A stretch of 29,757 nt of DNA, taken from the NCBI GenBank assembly GCA_030016465.1, contig JASEJL010000001.1, positions 1-29,757 of the forward strand. Reading direction: 5' to 3'. This document shows, in pieces, positions 1 through 8,420 of this stretch; within the stretch, counting starts at the first letter, position 1, and the number at the start of each line of letters is the position of its first letter. The position numbers and the translations under genes were made by a program. The notes beneath the pieces were generated by a model that was given only the letters and a program-made list of their open reading frames with translations, had not been told where the DNA came from and ran no database searches. This stretch comes from Patescibacteria group bacterium (GTDB taxonomy: Bacteria > Patescibacteriota > Minisyncoccia > Minisyncoccales > DG-74-1).

Positions 1-2734
1 GAAAGCAAACCGTATACCAGGCCTCTTTTGATTTTTCTGTCCCAACTAAAACATAAGAAGGAGTACCCATCGAGCCAGGAATGAGCGCACATTGCCCAGT
101 TTCCCGATGTTTTGCCGGAATTTCGGGATGAGCTGGCGGGAAAGCCCGAGTTGCTCCTTTTCGATGAACTATCAATTTCATTTTTTCTCCGTTTACTTCA
201 TGCTCTTCGATTTTGGCAATATTATGAGCCACATCATATAAAAGCTTTAAATCGGCTTTTTCCCCTAGTATTCTCTTCCAAGCCTTTCTGACGTAATGCA
301 TAATCATATGCCGATTTGACCAAGCATAATTGCAGGCAGCCGACATTGCTTTGAAAAATCTTTGCCCTTCTGGAGAATTAAAGGGAACACAAGCTAGTTC
401 TTTATCTGGAAGTTTAATTCCATATTTTGGATAAGCTGGAATTACTATTCGCAAATAATCAGTGCAATTTTGATGACCAAGACCACGCGAGCCAGTATGG
501 ATAAACACTACAACCTGATTTTTAAATAATCCAAAAATTTTGGCAACCTTTTCATCAAAAATTTCTTCAACTTTATCAAGCTGACAGAAGTGGTTGCCTG
601 ATCCGAGAGTCCCAACTTGATCTCTTCCTCTATTTTTAGCTCTTTCTGAAACACAAGAAGCATCTGCCATTTCCATTCTTCCTCTATGTTCGCAATGTTC
701 GATATCTTCTTTTTCTCCATAGCCTTTTTCCACCAGATAGGGAACTCCACCTTCTAAAATTTTATTTATTTGCTCAATAGAAAGTTTAATTGTTCTTCCT
801 CGACCTAAACCAGAAGGAACTTCTTTTTGAATTTCGGTGGCTAAATTTTCTAAATATGGCTTAATATCCTTTTCTTGATAATCAGAAAGTAATAAGCGGC
901 AACCACAATTTGAAACTACAAAATTATTAGCAATAAAATTGTGTGCTGGATGATTTACTGTAAAATCATAAACAAAGCCTTGATAAGGAATTTTTTCTAT
1001 TTTTTCAATCTCATCCCAGACTAATCCTTGATTTCCGTAAGTATATTTCTGTTTATATTCTTTAAAAGAAGGGAAATTAAAAGCAATTCGAGGCTTTCCT
1101 AATTTTTTTTCTGGATGCCATCTAGATTTTCCAAAAAGGGAATGAGAAAGAAATTGAAATGGCGTATATTCGCTTTCATATTTTTTAAATAATCTTTTAG
1201 AAATTTCTCCTTTTTCATATTCCTCTCTTATTTTTTCTCTGACTTTAGTTCTGAAATTTACTATTTTTAATTTCCTTCTTAAATAATTAGCAGCTAAGCA
1301 AGCTTCTTTTTGTTTTTCTTGATTATATTCATAATTTATGACTTCACAGAATTTTATAAAATTCTTAGCCTCCTCACTTATTTGTAACCTAAATCCTACT
1401 GTTTCACCTTTCTTTCCTTTATGTTGATAGCCTGGTACTTCTTTGACTGAATGAGTTTTTATTCCAAATTCTTTTAAAAGTTCGGCAATATCTTTCAAAA
1501 CTAATTTTGCATTTTTTTCTAACCCCTTTACTTTTTGCATATTCAATTGAAGAGCATAGAAGTTATATTTATTTAAAGTTTTTGGCTTAGAAAGTTCTGC
1601 TCCAAAAAAGGAAGCTAAAAAAAGTCTTTTTTGCCATAAAGGACATTTAAAAATCCATTTAGGTATCCGATATGCCTTATGAGATTTTAACCCATAAGGA
1701 GTACCTAAAGCTATTAAAAGAGAAGCTAAACTATTAGAACCAGTTTTAATCCAATATTCAACTCTTGAAAATTTATAAGTTCCATAGAAAGTAGTAATTG
1801 AATGCTTTCTTTTTCGGCAATAAATTCGTGATGGTTTAAATCCTAATTTTAGGATATCTTCTTGAATTTCTTTTAAATCATCGGGGTGAGCATAAAAATG
1901 AATTTGAGTATTTTTGGCAAAACTCACTAATCCGTCGCCAAAAATATAGCCCATCAATTTTAGAATTGAGGAAAGTTCTGGAGAACTATAAGATAATGGC
2001 AGGAGACCCCTAGATTTTAATTGATTAAGAATTTGTGAAATTGCATGTCCTTGTTTATTATTTCTTCCTAATTTCCTCAGAACTCTTTTCAAATCATTTT
2101 CATTTAAAATTATCTTTTTAGGAGGCTGTTTATATTTCACACCCTTAAAAGGATACATTAAAATCATATCTTTCTCATTTAAAAATTTTACTTCCTTCAT
2201 TCCTTCTTTGGTTTGAATTGGGTGATCTCCAGTTGCTTTAATTTTTTCTCCGGAAGAAGTAACAATTTGATAGATGGTTGGGTTATTATATCTCTTGAAA
2301 AAGTTAAATGTTAAGGCATTTTCGAAACTATTTTTTTTAAATTCGAAAACTTTTACTTTACAATTTTTGAAATGTTCCAATTCCTGAATAGAAAGATAGC
2401 TTCCATTTTCAAGTAAAATTCTACTATCTGGGGAAGTGCAATTCTCGTCATACCCCACGAAACCGGGAGAAATGACTCCATCTGGTAACTTCATTGCTCC
2501 AACCCCGCCAATAGGTGGACCGTAGCCCGAGTGGATGTCAGGCATAGCAATAGCATATTTTACAATTCCCGGCATAGTAGTAGTATTGACCAATTGAATT
2601 AGAGCCTCATCTTCAGTTTCTTGAAGTAGTTTATCTGAAGCATAGATTCTTGCCGGTACTTTCATGTCTCCTCTAAAAGTCTTAGGAATTTCCCATAACC
2701 AGTCATTTATTTTGATAAAATCTTCCTTTCTCAT
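1..2734 (-). CDS. rtcB: RNA-splicing ligase RtcB precursor containing an intein; 3' end runs off the left edge
   Basis: Hand translation from ATG at 2734 is open to base 1. It contains the RtcB motifs AMPDIHSGYGPPIGG, VGYDEN|CG, GTLGSGNHF, HTGSRGLGH, YDVAHNIAK, VHRKGATRA and IPGSMGT. It is absent from the ORF track, probably because no stop lies in the window. Confidence 0.97.
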   Translation of the reverse strand, partial: MRKEDFIKINDWLWEIPKTFRGDMKVPARIYASDKLLQETEDEALIQLVNTTTMPGIVKYAIAMPDIHSGYGPPIGGVGAMKLPDGVISPGFVGYDENCTSPDSRILLENGSYLSIQELEHFKNCKVKVFEFKKNSFENALTFNFFKRYNNPTIYQIVTSSGEKIKATGDHPIQTKEGMKEVKFLNEKDMILMYPFKGVKYKQPPKKIILNENDLKRVLRKLGRNNKQGHAISQILNQLKSRGLLPLSYSSPELSSILKLMGYIFGDGLVSFAKNTQIHFYAHPDDLKEIQEDILKLGFKPSRIYCRKRKHSITTFYGTYKFSRVEYWIKTGSNSLASLLIALGTPYGLKSHKAYRIPKWIFKCPLWQKRLFLASFFGAELSKPKTLNKYNFYALQLNMQKVKGLEKNAKLVLKDIAELLKEFGIKTHSVKEVPGYQHKGKKGETVGFRLQISEEAKNFIKFCEVINYEYNQEKQKEACLAANYLRRKLKIVNFRTKVREKIREEYEKGEISKRLFKKYESEYTPFQFLSHSLFGKSRWHPEKKLGKPRIAFNFPSFKEYKQKYTYGNQGLVWDEIEKIEKIPYQGFVYDFTVNHPAHNFIANNFVVSNCGCRLLLSDYQEKDIKPYLENLATEIQKEVPSGLGRGRTIKLSIEQINKILEGGVPYLVEKGYGEKEDIEHCEHRGRMEMADASCVSERAKNRGRDQVGTLGSGNHFCQLDKVEEIFDEKVAKIFGLFKNQVVVFIHTGSRGLGHQNCTDYLRIVIPAYPKYGIKLPDKELACVPFNSPEGQRFFKAMSAACNYAWSNRHMIMHYVRKAWKRILGEKADLKLLYDVAHNIAKIEEHEVNGEKMKLIVHRKGATRAFPPAHPEIPAKHRETGQCALIPGSMGTPSYVLVGTEKSKEAWYTVCF
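908..2440 (-). mobile_element. 511-aa intein with a LAGLIDADG (DOD) endonuclease domain, inserted in RtcB at GYDEN|C
   Basis: In frame, 1533 nt. Begins CTSPDSRILL; block B TGDHP; block C LMGYIFGDG; block E FLASFFGAE; ends VYDFTVNHPAHNFIANNFVVSN followed by Cys+1 (CGCR). The N-extein is 98 aa, matching the known Pyrococcus horikoshii RtcB intein site before metal-ligand Cys98. Confidence 0.95.
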
Positions 2735-2737
2735 ATT

Positions 2738-3628
2738 TTAATTTCGATTTAAACAAGCCTTTAAATAAGAGGCTTTATGATTATTAAGACGCCAAAGTCT
2801 CATTTTAATGCTTTTTTCTGTTCGCTTAAGATAATTACAGCTTTCCTCGATAGAGTGATTTAAAATATATTGATCTTCGTAAGGCAACCAAAACTTTTGG
2901 AAAACTCTTTTCAGAGTTTTGGGTCTTTTCCATTTTAATGCTTGTTGTGCTTTTTTTAATTTTCTTTTTAATACCAGACAATTTGGATAGTACAAGTATC
3001 TAATAAATCGTTGAGCTTTTCCTTTATTAACCATTATATTGTAAATATTATCCCTTTTATTTCTACTCAATCTTTTCTTTTCTCCTGTAATCTTTTCAAT
3101 AACGTCGTAGAGATAATTTTTTAATGCTTCGCTTTTAACTGAAATACTAATAAACGGGAATCCTCTCTTACTTATCCCAACGCTTCCATCTCCATCTATT
3201 AAGCCCCTAATATAATCTTTTTCAGAAAAACTACATTTTGGTGGAAATATGTTTAAAAATTTTTTACCAGGAAAAAATCCTAATTTTAAAAGCTCATCTC
3301 TGAATTTTTTAGGAAACATTCTTAAACGGTTACTTTCATGATTCTTTTTAAAATTAGTGTTTCGAATTCTTGACTTAATTGGAGGACAAAAAGGAAATAA
3401 TTTCCTAAAAAACTCCAGTATTTCTTTATCTTTTTTATTAAGTTCGATTTCTAAATATCCTCTATTCCTCGAGTATTGTCTTAAAGTACCATCAGCCTGG
3501 ATAAAGCCAAAAAAATAAGAATGTTTCGGTAATTTAAGATTTAAATATTTCATAAAGTTTCTTTGAGTCTTTTTGGGAATTTCCCAGAGCCAATCTGAAA
3601 TTTTTTTAAAATCTTTTTTGGAAATCAT
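2738..3628 (-). CDS. Free-standing double-motif LAGLIDADG homing endonuclease with an RtcB-derived N-terminal peptide and a C-terminal Myb-like HTH
   Basis: Motifs YFFGFIQADG and YIRGLIDGDG; C-terminal WLPYEDQYI...LKRTEKSIKMRLWRL. The first ~19 aa match the RtcB N-terminus. The stop lies 3 nt before the rtcB ATG. Confidence 0.9.
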   Translation of the reverse strand: MISKKDFKKISDWLWEIPKKTQRNFMKYLNLKLPKHSYFFGFIQADGTLRQYSRNRGYLEIELNKKDKEILEFFRKLFPFCPPIKSRIRNTNFKKNHESNRLRMFPKKFRDELLKLGFFPGKKFLNIFPPKCSFSEKDYIRGLIDGDGSVGISKRGFPFISISVKSEALKNYLYDVIEKITGEKKRLSRNKRDNIYNIMVNKGKAQRFIRYLYYPNCLVLKRKLKKAQQALKWKRPKTLKRVFQKFWLPYEDQYILNHSIEESCNYLKRTEKSIKMRLWRLNNHKASYLKACLNRN

Positions 3629-3800
3629 GATATTTTTATTTTAACTTAAATTTAAAAAAAAGAAAAAAAGAAGGGTTATTTAAAAAATAGTCTAATTTTA
3701 ATTTTTAATATTGTAAAGAAAAAATTTAATTCTAAATAGAAACATAAAATTCACAATTTTTCCTCATCTTATTAACGGTTTGTGGATTTTTTTTCTTGGT

Positions 3801-3828
3801 TTTACATTCTCTTGACTTATTGTATAAT
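3801..3828 (+). promoter_or_regulatory. Sigma70-type promoter for dnaA, probably giving a leaderless mRNA
   Basis: TTTACA (3801-3806), 16-nt spacer, TATAAT (3823-3828), then ATG 7 nt later at 3836. Confidence 0.6.
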
Positions 3829-3835
3829 AAAAGTA

Positions 3836-5185
3836 ATGCTTAGCGAAGAATTGTGGCAGGCGGTTTTAGCCCAAATCCAATTGAATATTTCTCCGGCCAA
3901 TTTTGCTACTTGGTTTAAAAATACAGAAATTACCTCTCAAAAAGATGGCCGAGTTGTTATTTCTACTCCAAATTCTTTTGTTAAGGAATGGTTGGAAAAA
4001 AAATACAGTAAAAATATTTTTAGAATTTTGCATAGTTTGGATGAACAAATCAAAGAAGTAAGTTTTGAAATCAGAAAAACAGGATTGAAAGTTTCAAAAC
4101 AAACAGCAGTTTCTCTCCCCAGTGAAGGTCAACTAGAATTCCAAGAACTGGAAATTGACCGTCAAACAAACCTTAACCCGCGCTATACTTTTGAAAATTT
4201 CGTTGTTGGTTCTTTTAATGAACTAGCTCAGGCCGCCGCTTTTGCCACTGCCAAAAACCCTGGTCAGATTTATAATCCCCTTTTTATTTATGGTGGGGTG
4301 GGGCTTGGTAAAACTCATCTCTTACAGGCAGTTGGCAATAAAGTGATTAAAATTTTTCCTGAAAAAAAGATAAAATATCTTCCGGCTGAAAAATTTACTT
4401 CTGAGGTAGTGACAGCTATTAGAAATCGAGAGATTGAGAATTTTAAATTAAAATACCAGAAATTTGATGTTTTGATTTTAGATGACGTCCATTTTTTAGC
4501 CGGGAAAGAAAAAACTCAGGAAGAATTTTTCCACATTTTTAATGCTCTTTATGAAAAAAATAAACAAATTATTCTTTCTTCTGATAAGCCGCCAAAAGCC
4601 ATTCCGGCTCTGACCGAGAGATTAAGGTCGCGTTTTGAAGGAGGAATGATAGCCGATATCAGTTACCCGGATTATGAAACCAGAATCGCTATCTTGAAAA
4701 CTAAATGCCTTGAGAGAAAAACTGAATTTTCAGAAGAGGTTTTGGGATATATTGCGGCGAATATCCAAAAAAATATTAGGGAATTAGAAGGAGCTCTAAA
4801 CCGCTTAATTGCCTACCAAAGACTTAATAATCGGTCGCCTGATTTAGAAATCACTAAAACATTACTAACGAATTTAATCTCGACCCCCAGTAAAGTTGTT
4901 AGTATTAAAAAAATAATTCAGGCAGTAGTTGAGTTTTATGATTTAAAAGAAAAAGAGATTCTTTCTTCTTCAAGAAAAAAAGAGATAGTTAAACCAAGAC
5001 AAATTGCTATGTATTTATTAAGAGAAGAATTAAAAAGTTCTTTTCCTTTTATTGGTAGGCGGTTTGGCGGAAAAGATCATACCACCGCCATCCATGCCTA
5101 TAAAAAAATTATTAAGGAATTAGAAAAAAATAACCAATTAGAGGAGGAATTAAATTTGATTAAACAGAGGATTTTTAGTGGATAA
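3836..5185 (+). CDS. dnaA: Chromosomal replication initiator DnaA
   Basis: NPRYTFENFVVG, Walker A GGVGLGKTHLL, DDVHFLAGKEKTQEEFFH, domain IV GGKDHTTAIHA. Start placed at ATG 3836 (MLSEELWQAVL) rather than the GTG at 3782. Confidence 0.98.
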   Translation: MLSEELWQAVLAQIQLNISPANFATWFKNTEITSQKDGRVVISTPNSFVKEWLEKKYSKNIFRILHSLDEQIKEVSFEIRKTGLKVSKQTAVSLPSEGQLEFQELEIDRQTNLNPRYTFENFVVGSFNELAQAAAFATAKNPGQIYNPLFIYGGVGLGKTHLLQAVGNKVIKIFPEKKIKYLPAEKFTSEVVTAIRNREIENFKLKYQKFDVLILDDVHFLAGKEKTQEEFFHIFNALYEKNKQIILSSDKPPKAIPALTERLRSRFEGGMIADISYPDYETRIAILKTKCLERKTEFSEEVLGYIAANIQKNIRELEGALNRLIAYQRLNNRSPDLEITKTLLTNLISTPSKVVSIKKIIQAVVEFYDLKEKEILSSSRKKEIVKPRQIAMYLLREELKSSFPFIGRRFGGKDHTTAIHAYKKIIKELEKNNQLEEELNLIKQRIFSG

Positions 5186-5325
5186 TTCTGTTTTGATTTA
5201 ATTATCTATTTTAGAAAACAATTTTTCCTTTTTTATTAAACAGTTTTTCCTTAACTTCTTCTAATCTCTTTTTAAAGAAAAAATCAAAACAGTTTTTATT
5301 AACAATAACAATTAAAATAATATAC
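5177..5325. other. Candidate oriC segment (dnaA-dnaN spacer; the AT-rich 3629-3835 region may be part of it)
   Basis: AGTGGATAA at 5177-5185 (1 mismatch to the TGTGGATAA box), TTATTAACA at 5296-5304, three AAACA(A/G)TTTTT repeats, very AT-rich. TGTGGATTT lies at 3781-3789 upstream of dnaA. Confidence 0.55.
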
Positions 5326-6450
5326 ATGAAAATAACTATTCTTAAAGAAAAATTAAAAGAAGGCATTAATATTGTGGAAAGAATTACTCAAAAATCCTTA
5401 ACCTTACCGATTTTGAATAATGTCTTATTAAAAGGAGAAAAAACTTTTATTTCTCTTACTACTACAAATTTAGAAATTGGTCTGCGGTGGTGGTCTTTAG
5501 CTAAAATAGAAAAAGAAGGAGAGATTGCTATTCCAGCCCATCTTTTTGCAACTCTAATAGGATTTTTACCAAATGGACCTATCGAATTAGAAACTGATGG
5601 TTTATTTTTAAATATTAGAGCCAAGGAATATAAATCGCGGATTAAAGGTTTTAATCCAGAAGATTTTCCTCTTTTACCTCAAGTAAGCCGGGAAGAAAAA
5701 ATTAATTTAAATAGTCAAGTTTTTTGTCAGGCTCTTTCCCAAGTTTTTGATATCGCTTCTTCTTCTTTGGCCCGGCCAGAAATTTCAGGTATTTTTTTTC
5801 ATTTTCAGAAAGAACAAATAAGGATAGTGGCCACTGATAGCTTCCGGCTTGGCGAGAAAAAAATCTTTTCTCAGTTGTCTTTGGCTAAAGAATACTCTTT
5901 TATTTTACCTCAATTAACTGCTCGCGAAATCATAAATGTTTTTAGTGAAAAAGAAGGCGAACTTAGAATTTATTTCTCTCCCAATCAGGTTTTATTCGAA
6001 TCAATGCTTTCCGAAACTAACCATCCTCAAATTCATCTTATTTCCCGACTGATTGAAGGAGATTTCCCGGATTATCAGGCCATTATTCCCAAAAAGTATG
6101 AGACTCAGGTTATCCTTTCTAAAAACGAATTCTTAAATCAAATTAAATCAGCCAGCCTTTTCAGCGGGAAAGTTAACGAGGTTAAATTAAATATTTCAAC
6201 CCAAAAAGAAAAAGTTGAAATTTTTAGTCAAAACCCTGACCTCGGCGAATATAAAGGTGCCCTTCCTGGGAAAATAAAAGGAAAGGTACTTTCCATCTCT
6301 TTTAACCACCGCTTTTTAATTGACGGCCTTTTAAAAATAAAAAGTCCGGAAGTAATTTTTGAACTGACCAGTGAAGAAGGACCGGCTGTTTTAAAGCCGG
6401 TCGGCCAAGAAGATTATCTTTACGTTGTAATGCCTATCAAGACCAGTTAA
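5326..6450 (+). CDS. dnaN: DNA polymerase III beta sliding clamp
   Basis: 374 aa directly after dnaA; motifs VATDSFRL, SRLIEGDFPDYQAIIP, YVVMPI. Confidence 0.97.
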   Translation: MKITILKEKLKEGINIVERITQKSLTLPILNNVLLKGEKTFISLTTTNLEIGLRWWSLAKIEKEGEIAIPAHLFATLIGFLPNGPIELETDGLFLNIRAKEYKSRIKGFNPEDFPLLPQVSREEKINLNSQVFCQALSQVFDIASSSLARPEISGIFFHFQKEQIRIVATDSFRLGEKKIFSQLSLAKEYSFILPQLTAREIINVFSEKEGELRIYFSPNQVLFESMLSETNHPQIHLISRLIEGDFPDYQAIIPKKYETQVILSKNEFLNQIKSASLFSGKVNEVKLNISTQKEKVEIFSQNPDLGEYKGALPGKIKGKVLSISFNHRFLIDGLLKIKSPEVIFELTSEEGPAVLKPVGQEDYLYVVMPIKTS

Positions 6451-8381
6451 AACTCCGGTTTGAGAAAATTTTCCGGTGGATATTTTAAGAGAGCCTTTTT
6501 CATAAACTTATTAAAAATTGGCCCGGCTAATAATTCAGCCGCTTTTTTTAACATCGGTGTATTATCGTTATTGCCCACCCAGACGCCAGTGACAATTGAA
6601 GGTGTATAACCGATTAGCCAGCCGTCCCGGGAGTCTTGGGATGTCCCGGTTTTAGCTGCCACTTGGTAATTCTCAAAATACAAGTTTGACCTCGGGCCGA
6701 ACATAGGAGTACGGGCTTCATTATCAGAAAGAACATCATTAATTAATCTGGTAGCTTTGCTTTCCAAAACTCTCATGGGAGTTTTTTTGTTTTCAAAAAT
6801 TACCTTTCCTTTACTGTCTTCAATTTTTAAGATGGCGTTTGGCGGGACCCTTAAACCATCGTTGGCCAAGACACCATAAGCTGAAGCCATATCCAAAAGT
6901 TTTACCTCAGCTCCTCCCAAAACAATAGACAAACCATATTTTTTTGGGTCTTCTAAAGTGGTAATACCCATTGCTTGAGCAGTTTTGATACTATCTAAAT
7001 AACCAGCTAAAGAATCCAAAACCTTTACCGAAGGGACGTTTAGCGATTGGGCCAGGGCCGAACGAAGAGTGACTGGTCCTCGGAAAAGACCATCAAAATT
7101 TTGTGGACACCAACTTCCTCTTGCCTGAGGCCAGCAAGTTGGGCTATCGTCAACGATTGTTTTATCACTGTATCCTTTTTGGAAAGCAGTTACGTAGACA
7201 AAGGGTTTAAAAGCCGAACCTGGCTGGCGGCCAGGTAGATTTTTAGTCCCAACCACCGCATTAAACTTTGGGTCAAATTTACAATTTAAACCAGGAGTGC
7301 AATCTTTAGGATAAGGTTGGCCAAAATAATCTGCCGAACCAACCATGGCTAAAATCTCCCCAGTTTTGGGATTAATTGCCACCAAGGCGGCATTGTGGCT
7401 ATTGTAAATTTTATTATTTTTTACCCCTTCTTTAACTATCTTTTCAGCCATTTGCTGAAGCTCCCAATCTAAAGTAGTCAAAATTTTTAACCCTCTTTGC
7501 TCTAAAAATTCTCTGCCATATTTTTCTTCCAATTGTTGTTTAACCCATAAAGTAAAATGAGGAGCTAAAATTGGCTGGGAAAGCTCAATAATATTTATCT
7601 CTTCTTTTTTAGCTGCTTCAGCCTCTTCCTGACTCAGGAATCCCTCGCTGACCATTCGATTTAAAACATAATCCTTTCTAATCAAAAGTTCATCAAGATT
7701 CATTGAATAAAAACTGGGAGCTTTGATTAAAGCAGCCAAAGTGGCAGCTTCAGCTAAAGAAATTTCCCAAACCGATTTTCTGAAATAGGTCTGAGAAGCT
7801 GCTTCTACACCATAAGCATTTCGACCAAAAGGAATTTGATTTAGATACCATTCTAAAATTTGCTCTTTGGAATAACGCCGATCCAGTTCCAAAGAAAGAA
7901 TAATTTCCCGAGTTTTTCTTTCGGCCGTCTTTTCCAAAGACAGAAAAGTTGAACGAATTAATTGTTGGGGGATAGTTGAACCGCCATAAATGGGTTTCAT
8001 TATTCTCAAATTGGCCAAAACGGCATTGATTATCCCCTTAAAATCAATTCCTGGATGCTGATAAAAATTAGCGTCTTCGGTAGCAATGATAGCCTCTTTT
8101 AAATATTCCGGTATCTTTTTTAAGGGAACCCAGGCTCTTTTTTCCTCTCCATAAATTTCATATAAAAGAATTTCTCCTGAGCGGTCATAAATTCTTGTTG
8201 ATTCAAAAAGTTGCCTCTCAATGAATTTTTCCGGCCGGGGGAGATCTTTGGCATAATAGATAAACAAAGACAAAGGACTAAAAATCAAAAATAAAAAAAC
8301 AAAAAAGAAAAACTTTAAAAAAAAACCGAATTTTCTTTTACTCTTTTGATAAGTTTTTCGATAATATCTTCTTTCTGGCAT
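6447..8381 (-). CDS. Class A penicillin-binding protein (transglycosylase/transpeptidase, PBP1A family)
   Basis: N-terminal TM helix; transglycosylase motifs TEDANF, GGSTIPQQL, RKTRE; transpeptidase motifs SAFK, SLN, KTGT. Confidence 0.95.
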   Translation of the reverse strand: MPERRYYRKTYQKSKRKFGFFLKFFFFVFLFLIFSPLSLFIYYAKDLPRPEKFIERQLFESTRIYDRSGEILLYEIYGEEKRAWVPLKKIPEYLKEAIIATEDANFYQHPGIDFKGIINAVLANLRIMKPIYGGSTIPQQLIRSTFLSLEKTAERKTREIILSLELDRRYSKEQILEWYLNQIPFGRNAYGVEAASQTYFRKSVWEISLAEAATLAALIKAPSFYSMNLDELLIRKDYVLNRMVSEGFLSQEEAEAAKKEEINIIELSQPILAPHFTLWVKQQLEEKYGREFLEQRGLKILTTLDWELQQMAEKIVKEGVKNNKIYNSHNAALVAINPKTGEILAMVGSADYFGQPYPKDCTPGLNCKFDPKFNAVVGTKNLPGRQPGSAFKPFVYVTAFQKGYSDKTIVDDSPTCWPQARGSWCPQNFDGLFRGPVTLRSALAQSLNVPSVKVLDSLAGYLDSIKTAQAMGITTLEDPKKYGLSIVLGGAEVKLLDMASAYGVLANDGLRVPPNAILKIEDSKGKVIFENKKTPMRVLESKATRLINDVLSDNEARTPMFGPRSNLYFENYQVAAKTGTSQDSRDGWLIGYTPSIVTGVWVGNNDNTPMLKKAAELLAGPIFNKFMKKALLKYPPENFLKPEF

Positions 8382-8383
8382 AG

Positions 8384-8412
8384 TTTACAAATCGTACTTT
8401 CCAATTTATAAT
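8384..8412 (+). promoter_or_regulatory. Sigma70-type promoter for tyrS, probably giving a leaderless mRNA
   Basis: TTTACA (8384-8389), 17-nt spacer, TATAAT (8407-8412), then GTG 8 nt later. Confidence 0.65.
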
Positions 8413-8420
8413 AAAAAAAC

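Noticed and set aside
508-750. 80-aa minus-strand ORF from the track
   Set aside because: It is an alternative frame inside the rtcB C-extein.
2735-3570. Endonuclease as a group I intron ORF within rtcB
   Set aside because: The exon sequence is duplicated rather than split, the downstream rtcB is complete with its own ATG, and there is no non-coding room for a ribozyme core.
3782-3835. Longer dnaA N-terminus from GTG 3782
   Set aside because: This stretch holds the promoter and a DnaA-box-like site; ATG 3836 gives a typical DnaA start.
8382-8420. T-box riboswitch upstream of tyrS
   Set aside because: The spacer is only 39 nt and is filled by a promoter.
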